Source: Elusimicrobiota bacterium (GTDB lineage Bacteria; Elusimicrobiota; Elusimicrobia; UBA1565; JACRDR01). Taken from it: a stretch of DNA of 64,000 bases. Numbering within the stretch: position 1 is the stretch's first letter; each line of letters begins with the position of its first letter. Positions 1 through 7,281 of this stretch are shown piece after piece. A program made the translations under genes and the position numbers. The notes under the pieces were generated by a model. It was not told where the DNA came from. It saw nothing but the letters and a program-made list of their open reading frames with translations, and did no database searches. The DNA lies in contig JBGFSC010000007.1 of the NCBI GenBank assembly GCA_041694815.1, positions 64,138-128,137 on the forward strand, read 5' to 3'.

Positions 1-327
1 GACGTCGACCAAATGAGGGCGCGTGAGTTCATAGGAGCGGATCAAGCCTTTGTTGGCCCTGGAGACTACGTTAAGCAGCGCGCCGACATAGCTCCTGTAG
101 ATCGAGGTCGCTCTTACATGATCCTTGGTCCCTCGGTAGGCGACCTTAGCGAAGACCTTGGAACACTCAGCCATGCAGAAGTTCGGCACGTAGAGATTGG
201 CCCGCCTTTGGCCTCCAAGTTCGAGCAACTTGAGCACGGCCAGTCGCACCCGCAAGGTGAGACCAGGGTCTTTTACAGGAATAAAGGCCGGCACCAATGC
301 CGACGCGTCAATCAAGAAATGACGCAC
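1..327 (-). CDS. PIN-domain (VapC-like) toxin, runs off the window edge
   Basis: Hand translation from GTG 327: MRHFLIDASALVPAF...LYVPNFCMAECSKVF. This shows the PIN N-terminal hhDaSah motif and a later conserved Glu. No stop before position 1. Not in the ORF track. Confidence 0.7.
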   Translation of the reverse strand, partial: MRHFLIDASALVPAFIPVKDPGLTLRVRLAVLKLLELGGQRRANLYVPNFCMAECSKVFAKVAYRGTKDHVRATSIYRSYVGALLNVVSRANKGLIRSYELTRPHLVDV

Positions 328-333
328 CGCGAC

Positions 334-489
334 CTACTTCAGGGCTTCTTTCAGTTCGCGGGAGGTAAGAGGTTTCTCGCTGAGAGGCGGAAGGGAATCG
401 ATAGTCTCGACCACCTTTTTAACACGGGGGCTGAGTTTCTTCCAGCCCTTCTCCCCGTGCTCTTCTTTGTAGATTTGCTTTAGGGTCAT
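334..489 (-). CDS. 51-aa basic protein, putative antitoxin
   Basis: MTLKQIYKEEHGEKGWKKLSPRVKKVVETIDSLPPLSEKPLTSRELKEALK, preceded by GGAGG and lying directly upstream of the PIN gene. Confidence 0.6.
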   Translation of the reverse strand: MTLKQIYKEEHGEKGWKKLSPRVKKVVETIDSLPPLSEKPLTSRELKEALK

Positions 490-646
490 CCCGCCTCCCC
501 TCAAGTATGAGCTATTTTACCAAAAATGCAAGAGGGCCCTGGCGCTTGGGCCACAGGGGGCCAACATCATTTCGTTGGAGGGCCGTTCTTCCGGGCACCC
601 CTATTAATACGAACTAGGGCGAAAAAAGTTCCGTGAAAAAACGAGC

Positions 647-976
647 TGCGCCGGGCAGGACTTGAACCTGCGACCACCCCGTTATGCCTCTCACTCCGGG
701 CTTTCCCCGGCCGCAGCGCGTTGTGAGCTGGACTATGTCATGTCCCGCGAGGGGACCCGGGCGTATAGTCTCTGAACCTTTCCGCTGTGTCAGCGGACTT
801 GGCTGCCGATCGTCCAATCCCAGGATTTTTTGGCCGTCGCGCCTGCCGTCGCCGGCTACGCTGTGGCGTCCTGGGCTCTCAGGAGATCCCGGCAATTTGC
901 CCGGTTATCCACTGCCGATTGCTCGGCAAGGAGCCCAACTTGAGCGGGGCGCTCTAACCCACTGAGCTACCGGCGC
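647..976 (-). tRNA. tRNA with CAT anticodon (probably tRNA-Ile2), intron-split; exons 976-943 and 686-647; CCA not encoded
   Basis: Joined exons give GCGCCGG TA GCTC AGTGGGTTA GAGC G CCCCG CT|CATAA CGGGG TGGTC GCAGG TTCAAGT CCTGC CCGGCGC A, a complete cloverleaf. Confidence 0.95.
687..942 (-). ncRNA. Group I self-splicing intron, 256 nt, no ORF
   Basis: P AATTGCCGGGA, Q GATCGGCAGCCAAG, R GTTCAGAGACTA, S GACATAGTCC. P3 is CCGGGC/GCCCGG. The 5' exon ends in U, which pairs with G in P1 (GCU|CA...UGGGC). The intron ends in G. Confidence 0.95.
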
Positions 977-985
977 ATCAAAAGT

Positions 986-1016
986 ATTCTACTACTTCCA
1001 GCCTTTTAAATGGCAA
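986..1016 (-). promoter_or_regulatory. Candidate sigma70 promoter for the tRNA
   Basis: TTGCCA-N19-TAGAAT ending 9 nt before tRNA G1; the spacer is long. Confidence 0.45.
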
Positions 1017-1153
1017 AGACGGCAACCACGACCTTTGCTTCGATTACTGATATTCGCATAAGTAATAGATCATTTAAGGCAGGCCTCGGAAGCTTGGTGC
1101 CCATGATAGATACCCACTCTGCCGTGACGCTCATGCTGGCGACCGGATAAGCT

Positions 1154-1564
1154 CTAAATAGGATAGCTGCAATTTAAACTTGAGCGAAACAGCTGCTTTG
1201 AAAATCGCTTCGCCAACGATCGGACAAATTCGGCTTCCCGTCCCTGTGGAACGCCCACGATAACCATAACATGAAAGACTTCTTTGGTGCCAGGGTTCCG
1301 GAGCTGCGCGGCATGATTGAAGTCGATAATGCCCTTAAAGGATATTTCAGGAACAGAAGCGACAAGAGATATGGCATTAGCTTTAGTCGCCTCGGTATCT
1401 GCTGGGGTACTGCCAACCAGCGAGGGACCTTTAAAAGTCAAAACTACGATGCCAGGAGTGAACTCTTTGCATCCCAGGTCCAAGGTCGGCCCCTGTTCCT
1501 GTGAAAAAGCAGCCGAAGCAAACAACGCGACCACTAAGAATGCGCCGTAATTTATCTGAACCAT
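1154..1564 (-). CDS. Secreted protein resembling a stand-alone subtilase (S8) prodomain
   Basis: Signal peptide; motifs EFTPGIVVLTFK and VGVPQGREAEFVRSL; GGAGAGG before the ATG. Confidence 0.55.
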   Translation of the reverse strand: MVQINYGAFLVVALFASAAFSQEQGPTLDLGCKEFTPGIVVLTFKGPSLVGSTPADTEATKANAISLVASVPEISFKGIIDFNHAAQLRNPGTKEVFHVMVIVGVPQGREAEFVRSLAKRFSKQLFRSSLNCSYPI

Positions 1565-1845
1565 TTCCTCTCCGTGTAAGTCTCACAGCCTGCAGGAGTA
1601 GTATTAACTCTATTAGGCAATTACCACATGGGCCGCAAGGCCTAATTCTTGCAAGTCTTTGGGCCCAGATGCACGGACCCAGAGGGCCTAGTGATCCGCC
1701 CAGATTTAACTTGGAAGTGCAACCGGCGAGAGCGGATGCCGCGATGACGTCGGCCGCGCTGGAGCGCAGGAATATCCATCGATCACTGCGCCTGCTTGGC
1801 GAGAAAGTCGGAATTGCCTCTAATTGACCTGCTCGAGCGCTCTCC

Positions 1846-1969
1846 TAATAATAGGATACCGAGCAGGTAGGCTTGGACTGGGTCAGCGACCCTCGAAACG
1901 GCGAGCCGCTTCCAGGAAAGCGGCGAAGCTCGCCTGGAACAGCTCCTCGCCGTCGGCCTTGGACAGACC
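1846..1969 (-). pseudogene. Remnant of an ECF sigma factor (region 2)
   Basis: GLSKADGEELFQASFAAFLEAARRFEGR, then a stop and +1 shift to PVQAYLLGILL, resembling the ECF pattern AEDLVQE-F-AF...RFEGRSS--TWL-GIL. Confidence 0.45.
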
Positions 1970-2131
1970 CGGCCCGAGATCGTCTCCGTTCGTTTTCCTT
2001 GAAGATTTCTTACAATATAGGTATCGATCGACATGAAGGCTAGATTCTGGATTGTAACACTTGCAGGCCGCGGCCGGCAGTGTAATGTTCGGCGCCTCCC
2101 GCGCACTCATCCGCGAGGGAGGAAAAAGACC

Positions 2132-3148
2132 ATGCCGAGAACAATACGCTGGGGGATGGCATTGGCGCTAGTATTCACGGCCGTTCTGCTAGGGGTTCAT
2201 TGGATGGAGGCTTCGATGAAGACAGAAAAGACGAGCAAGGAAGAGCTGCGTAATCGCCTCACTCCCGAGCAGTACCGAGTCACGCAGGAAGACGGCACGG
2301 AGCCGCCGTTTAAGAACGCCTACTGGGACAATCACGAGGAAGGCCTCTACGTTGACGTAGTCTCGGGGGAGCCGTTGTTTAGCTCCAAGGACAAGTTCGA
2401 CTCCGGCACCGGCTGGCCGAGCTTCACGCGCCCCGTTGAAGAGGGCGGCACGGTGCTCAAGACCGACCGCACGCTCTGGATGACGCGCACCGAGGTCCGC
2501 TCGAGGAAGGCCGACTCGCATCTGGGCCATGTCTTCGATGACGGCCCGGCCCCTACCGGCAAGCGCTACTGCATCAATTCTGCGGCGTTGCGCTTTATCC
2601 CCGCCTCTAGGCTCGAGGCCGAGGGCTACGGGCGCTACTCCAAGCTCTTCGAGCGCAAGGCCGCCTCCGCCCAGACCCAGAAGGCGGTCTTCGCCGCCGG
2701 CTGCTTCTGGGGCGTGGAGGACGCCTTCAGCAAGGTGCCCGGGGTGCTGCGCACCCGCGTGGGCTACACCGGCGGGACGGTGAAGGACCCAAGCTATGAG
2801 ATGGTCTGCTCGGGCAAGACCGGGCACGCGGAGGCCGTCGAGGTGGAGTTCGACCCCGCCCAGGTTTCCTATAACCGCCTCGTCGAGGTGTTTTGGAAGA
2901 TCCACGATCCCACCACGCCCAACCGCCAGGGCCCCGACGTGGGCCACCAGTACCGCTCGGCCATCTTCACGCGCGGCCCCGAGCAGCACAAGGAGGCCCT
3001 GGCCTCCCGCGAGCTCTTGGCCCGCTCGGGCAAGCTGCGCCGCGAGATCGTCACCGAGATCGCCCCGGCCTCGGAGTTCTATCCGGCCGAGGACTATCAC
3101 CAGCAGTACTACAAGAAGCGCGGCGGCAAGTCCTGCCGTATATTCTAA
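2132..3148 (+). CDS. msrAB: Bifunctional methionine sulfoxide reductase MsrB-MsrA with an N-terminal signal/TM segment
   Basis: MsrB motifs [14 protein letters not shown] and RYCINS; MsrA motifs GCFWG and [13 protein letters not shown] precedes ATG 2132, so the track start is too far upstream. Confidence 0.95.
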   Translation: MPRTIRWGMALALVFTAVLLGVHWMEASMKTEKTSKEELRNRLTPEQYRVTQEDGTEPPFKNAYWDNHEEGLYVDVVSGEPLFSSKDKFDSGTGWPSFTRPVEEGGTVLKTDRTLWMTRTEVRSRKADSHLGHVFDDGPAPTGKRYCINSAALRFIPASRLEAEGYGRYSKLFERKAASAQTQKAVFAAGCFWGVEDAFSKVPGVLRTRVGYTGGTVKDPSYEMVCSGKTGHAEAVEVEFDPAQVSYNRLVEVFWKIHDPTTPNRQGPDVGHQYRSAIFTRGPEQHKEALASRELLARSGKLRREIVTEIAPASEFYPAEDYHQQYYKKRGGKSCRIF

Positions 3149-3169
3149 GCTGACGCCGCTAATTCTCAC

Positions 3170-3217
3170 GGTGCCAGGGATTGACTTTCGCCTAGGCGAA
3201 AGTCAATCCCTGGCACC
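3170..3217. repeat. Perfect 48-bp palindrome (REP/MITE-like), copy 1
   Basis: GGTGCCAGGGATTGACTTTCGCCT|AGGCGAAAGTCAATCCCTGGCACC. Confidence 0.9.
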
Positions 3218-3243
3218 ATCATTACGGGAGTGATGACATCGCA

Positions 3244-3273
3244 TTGACAATTCCGTGCATATAGTGCTACGTT
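3244..3273 (+). promoter_or_regulatory. Candidate sigma70 promoter
   Basis: TTGACA-N18-TACGTT with a TGn extension, 18 nt before ATG 3292. Confidence 0.5.
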
Positions 3274-3291
3274 TCTTAAATCCATTTTGTC

Positions 3292-4542
3292 ATGCGCCAG
3301 TTCGCTCTACTACTTCTGTTGCTGCTCCTGGCCCCCGACGCGCGGGCGACCTGGAGCTTTTTAGGCGACGCCAACCTCTTCCTCGGCCAATATTATTTCG
3401 ACCGCAGCGCCGGCTCGCTCAACGGCTTTACCGACCTGAATTTCCAGCAGTCCAAGAGCTTCTCGCCCTCCTCGGGATTCTTCATCAGCGAGCGCTCGAT
3501 CTACTCGGGGTTCAAGCAGGTCAACGAGCTGGCCGGAGGCGGCACGCTGTTCCAGCAGAGCCTCGACAACTCCATCGGCGTCAAGTATATCCATCGCTTC
3601 GAGGGCGGCTATAGCCTAAAGCCCCGCATCGGGGTGCGCAACCAGCTTTTCCGAGAAACCGTTGACGAGGATTGGACCAAGGGACTCTACGATTTCTGGC
3701 GCTACGAGACCGGCATCACCTGGGAACGAAAGACCCGGCTAGGCTTGTCGATCCCTTGGACCTACCAGCTCTCCTACGACGCCTACTACACCAATTACAC
3801 GCACTTTAAATCCCTCGCCGCGCAGGCCGCCCAGCTGGGCGCCGCCCTCGGTGTGGCTCCCAATCCGGGCAAGAAGACGCTCGACACCGTAACCAACCAA
3901 ATCACCTACCGCAGCGATTTCGACCTTCCCGGATTCACGACGCTCTACGGCATGTACTCGCTGGCCTGGGTCACCTTCGTCGACCAGAACATCGTCAACC
4001 GTCAGGGGCAGTATCTCGATTCCAAGCGCGCCGATACCTTCCAGACCCTGGCCATGGGCGTATCCAAGCGCCTGTCGGACTTCAACGGGATATGGCGCTG
4101 GGACCTGGGCGGCATACGCCCCGTGCCGAGCCTGGGCGTGTCGGTTTCCAACCTGGACTCCAACCAGAACAATTTCGACACCGACCCGACCCGCCTGAAA
4201 TATATCGGCGGGTTCTTCAACTACTGGGAGACCCACTTCACCCCAGGCATCGACCTGACCTCGCTCAAGACCCAGTTCAATCTGCGCATGGTCTACGATC
4301 TCGGCTATCGAACGTTCTCAGGCCGCCTGTCGCAGGAGGCCAGCGGCGCCTACCGCAGCGACAAGCTCTACCAGTTGACCCACAGCGTGTTCATCGAGGC
4401 CACCTATCCGATTTGGGGAGGCCTGGCCTTCAAACTCCGCGGCCTGTGGGCCGACTCCAACGCCAACACCGACTTCGAGCGGACGTACCGCTACAATTTC
4501 GTAAGCTACAACTATTTCGCGGGGGTGGCATGGAGAATATAA
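3292..4542 (+). CDS. Putative outer-membrane beta-barrel protein
   Basis: Signal peptide, alternating aromatic-rich strands and a beta-signal-like C terminus (YFAGVAWRI). Confidence 0.7.
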   Translation: MRQFALLLLLLLLAPDARATWSFLGDANLFLGQYYFDRSAGSLNGFTDLNFQQSKSFSPSSGFFISERSIYSGFKQVNELAGGGTLFQQSLDNSIGVKYIHRFEGGYSLKPRIGVRNQLFRETVDEDWTKGLYDFWRYETGITWERKTRLGLSIPWTYQLSYDAYYTNYTHFKSLAAQAAQLGAALGVAPNPGKKTLDTVTNQITYRSDFDLPGFTTLYGMYSLAWVTFVDQNIVNRQGQYLDSKRADTFQTLAMGVSKRLSDFNGIWRWDLGGIRPVPSLGVSVSNLDSNQNNFDTDPTRLKYIGGFFNYWETHFTPGIDLTSLKTQFNLRMVYDLGYRTFSGRLSQEASGAYRSDKLYQLTHSVFIEATYPIWGGLAFKLRGLWADSNANTDFERTYRYNFVSYNYFAGVAWRI

Positions 4543-6101
4543 TTCGCGCCGTCGTCCTATCCGTCGTGCTGGTTTCTTCCGCGCGGGCCATACCGGCACC
4601 AGTGCAGATACAGCTCGTTCCTCAGGGACAAGTCGAGATACGCGGCGCAGGCGGAGAATGGACTCGAGTCTCCGGGCGCATCAATCTAGAACCCGGGCAG
4701 GAGGTGCGCACCAAGGACGCCTCGGCGGCGCTCATCACCTTCTCCGACGGCTCCAAGCTCGCCCTTTCTCCCAACGCGCAGTTCGCCGTGGAGAAATCGG
4801 ATCGCCAGGAGACGACGCTCAAGCTCGGCCTCGGCAAGCTCCGCGCCTTCTTCGCGGGATACATGAGCAGCCGCCTGAGCGTGCGCACCCCGACGGCGGT
4901 CGCCGCCGTGCGCGGCACCGAGTTCGAGCTCTCCGCCGACTCGCAAGGGCAGAGCGAGGTCAACGTCCGCGAGGGGCATCTGGAGGTCTCTGATAATCAG
5001 GGTCGGCAGGCGGTGGTCACCTCCGAGGAGACGCTGCGCGTCACCGAACGGGGCATGGAAAGGCCGCAGCTCGTCTCGCTCACCGACGAGCGCGCCCAGC
5101 AGGCCGCTCGGCCCCTCGTGGTGATGGCCGAGACGGGCAAGGACCAAACCCGCACGATGGTCGAGGAGCTACGCAACCGGGAGCTCAAGGCCAACGAGGC
5201 GCAGCTCGGCAAGAATATCATCGACGCCTTCGGCAGACGCGTGCGCTTAGAGGAATACCTGCTGCGCCCGGCCCCGAACCAATTCAAGCTGCTCTTCTTG
5301 AGCTTCCGCGAGAACCGCTTTGACTGGGGCCATCTCATCGAGACCTTCAAGAACCCGATCCCCAACGACTTAAGCCAGCTCTCCTCCATTTTCGCCGGCT
5401 CCTTCTTCTCGAAGACGGCGCCCTCGAACTGGATCACCTACATGGAGTTCTTCGCCACCAACACCGTCGACTCGATCAAGGAGACCATCACCTTCGGCGA
5501 CCCGACGGCGATCGATTTCAGCGGCTTCGGTCCGAGCGTGGGCACGCGGTATTACCCGGCCACCATGGATTACAAGCAGATATTCAGCGGCCCCGGGGTG
5601 CCGGGGGGCACGCGCACCCAGTTCCGCTTGCAGCACTCCTGGAATAACCCGAATCCGGGGCGCATCACCTGGCAGCAGGACGTGGTCAACAACCTCGGCG
5701 TCCTGACGCCGATATTCCAGGCCGCGATGAACCCCGCCAACGCCGCCGAGGTGGCGGCCGACGGCATCGAGACGATCAACCTCTACGGGAATCCGACGAT
5801 CGACTTCAACACCGTGACCTCCTTCCCCAGCGGCAAGGGCAAGGCCGATTTCATGAGCAAGACGACCTACGCGGACAATTCCTGGGTATCGACACGCAAG
5901 ATCTTGGTTAGCAACGAGGGTAATATCTTCGATTTTGCCAACCCCAACGCCGACGCTTTCACGAAGGTGGGCAACTACAACGTGGAGATCGTGGTCGGCT
6001 CGAGCATGTTCCAGGGGCGCGACATCGACGTGATAATCGCCCCAGAGATCCTGTCGCAGAAGAAGACCGGCACGACCCAGCCGGACGCGTTCAGCCCCTA
6101 A
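4530..6101 (+). CDS. Secreted FecR-domain protein with a long uncharacterised C-terminal region
   Basis: Start MENIIRAVVL overlaps the barrel gene; FecR motifs A-ITFSDGS and TPTAVAAVRGTEF, V-VREG. Confidence 0.8.
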   Translation: MENIIRAVVLSVVLVSSARAIPAPVQIQLVPQGQVEIRGAGGEWTRVSGRINLEPGQEVRTKDASAALITFSDGSKLALSPNAQFAVEKSDRQETTLKLGLGKLRAFFAGYMSSRLSVRTPTAVAAVRGTEFELSADSQGQSEVNVREGHLEVSDNQGRQAVVTSEETLRVTERGMERPQLVSLTDERAQQAARPLVVMAETGKDQTRTMVEELRNRELKANEAQLGKNIIDAFGRRVRLEEYLLRPAPNQFKLLFLSFRENRFDWGHLIETFKNPIPNDLSQLSSIFAGSFFSKTAPSNWITYMEFFATNTVDSIKETITFGDPTAIDFSGFGPSVGTRYYPATMDYKQIFSGPGVPGGTRTQFRLQHSWNNPNPGRITWQQDVVNNLGVLTPIFQAAMNPANAAEVAADGIETINLYGNPTIDFNTVTSFPSGKGKADFMSKTTYADNSWVSTRKILVSNEGNIFDFANPNADAFTKVGNYNVEIVVGSSMFQGRDIDVIIAPEILSQKKTGTTQPDAFSP

Positions 6102-6110
6102 GTCGCGCTC

Positions 6111-6395
6111 TCAAGCGGTTGGAGGCCATCGTCGAGCGGCATGCAGGATGGCTAATATTTCTATTCGATCGTCCTTGACCCGGTAAGGAATAACGAAAGG
6201 TATTCCGGCAACTACGAGCTCTCTCGTTCCCTCGATCCGTCCGCTTCGGCCTAAATGAGGATGCTCCAGCAGGACTTGCGCCGCATTCCGGAGGCGCCTG
6301 ACGACGGCCTCGGCTGCAACTTGTTTTTCCGCGGCGATATAATCATAGACTTGAGCCAGGTCCTGCACCGCCAATCGGGTCCAGAATAGCCTCAC
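6111..6395 (-). CDS. Type II toxin, RelE/ParE family
   Basis: GTG start overlaps the antitoxin stop (GTGA): MRLFWTRLAVQDL...HPHLGRSGRIEGTRELV...ILAILHAAR. Confidence 0.9.
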   Translation of the reverse strand: MRLFWTRLAVQDLAQVYDYIAAEKQVAAEAVVRRLRNAAQVLLEHPHLGRSGRIEGTRELVVAGIPFVIPYRVKDDRIEILAILHAARRWPPTA

Positions 6396-6634
6396 CTGCG
6401 TTTGCGCCGTCGCGAGAAAGCGTGCTTCACATCGGAGTCTGCGACAAGCTCTCCCGCTTCCGCCTGCCGAAGGCCTTCTTGTATATGCTCCATTTGCCAC
6501 CGGTAAACCTCAAGATAGGACCGAACGGCTTCGTTTAAAACATAGCTGCGATCGCGATCAAGGCCGGCAGCGATCGCGTCCAGGGCCCTCTTTTGATTGG
6601 CATCTAAGCGGAAAGTAATTGTTTCCCGGCGCAT
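6392..6634 (-). CDS. CopG/ribbon-helix-helix antitoxin
   Basis: TITFRLD...ALDAIA...DRSYVLNEAV...IQEGLRQAEAG; SD AAGGAGG. Confidence 0.9.
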   Translation of the reverse strand: MRRETITFRLDANQKRALDAIAAGLDRDRSYVLNEAVRSYLEVYRWQMEHIQEGLRQAEAGELVADSDVKHAFSRRRKRR

Positions 6635-6645
6635 AAATCCTCCTT

Positions 6646-6692
6646 AATACATTGACATACATTAGCTTACACTAGAATATATCCGATTGCAA
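6646..6692 (-). promoter_or_regulatory. Toxin-antitoxin promoter and likely operator
   Basis: TTGCAA-N17-TAAGCT followed by two AATGTAT direct repeats before the SD. Confidence 0.6.
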
Positions 6693-6747
6693 GTGGGTTC
6701 TCCAAACCTAATCCGGTTGCAGTATTTGCAACTGGCTGACATTCTGG

Positions 6748-6786
6748 CTGACAAATTTGTGTCCCCGGGGACACTAAGATTGTCAG
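6748..6786. repeat. Imperfect inverted repeat with a perfect 16-bp core GTGTCCCCGGGGACAC (6759-6774)
   Basis: CTGACAAATTT-GTGTCCCC|GGGGACAC-TAAGATTGTCAG; CTGGCTGACA is duplicated at the left end. Confidence 0.7.
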
Positions 6787-6806
6787 AAGCCCCTTAACCA
6801 AGGCCC

Positions 6807-7163
6807 TTACTTTTTCTTTTCGGCGCCGGTTGCGGGGGTGGCTCCGGCAGTCGGAGTGGAAAGCTCCACCTCACTAGCAGTGCTCGTGGACTTCGAAAGG
6901 CTCCGCTTCGCTTTCGCGGCGGCCGCTGCGTCGCGCCGGGCCTGGGCGAGCTCACCAAAAGCCTTGCGGCAAGCGGGCAGGGCGACATCCTGGCGGTTCC
7001 TCAAGCAGCGCATCAGCTTGGATCCCTTAAGGCCGGAACAGAACAATCCGATCTCGTTGTCGCAGATATCCTCGATATTCGCCTCGCCGGTGTGAGCGGC
7101 TGGAAGGCATAAAGCCGTCAGCAGGCCGGCCGCGAGGGCTCGTCGTAAAAATTTGAAAGGCAC
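6807..7163 (-). CDS. Secreted cysteine-rich-repeat protein
   Basis: Signal peptide; C-DNEI---C...CL...L---C spacing; low-complexity tail. Confidence 0.7.
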   Translation of the reverse strand: MPFKFLRRALAAGLLTALCLPAAHTGEANIEDICDNEIGLFCSGLKGSKLMRCLRNRQDVALPACRKAFGELAQARRDAAAAAKAKRSLSKSTSTASEVELSTPTAGATPATGAEKKK

Positions 7164-7281
7164 TGCTATTTATATAGGAATTAAACCCCGCCGGGTCAAG
7201 AAGCAATCGCGACAGAAGTAATCGCGCGGCACAACCAGTCGCAAGGAACTCGAAGCGGCGCTGGAATTCGTCAAAAAAAGA

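Noticed and set aside
13..483. 156-aa plus-strand ORF
   Set aside because: Antisense shadow of the antitoxin/PIN pair, which has an SD and recognisable motifs.
684..943. Alternative intron position after CA (35/36)
   Set aside because: The CA duplication allows it formally, but the 5' exon would end in A and the intron in A, violating the U.G and omega-G rules.
614..965. Two 93-aa ORFs (614-895 minus, 684-965 plus) as a possible homing endonuclease
   Set aside because: They overlap the tRNA exons and ribozyme core and show no LAGLIDADG, HNH, GIY-YIG or PD-(D/E)XK motif.
1006..1134. Possible 42-aa minus-strand ORF (MSVTAEWVS...) upstream of the tRNA
   Set aside because: No SD, no motif, and it overlaps the candidate tRNA promoter.
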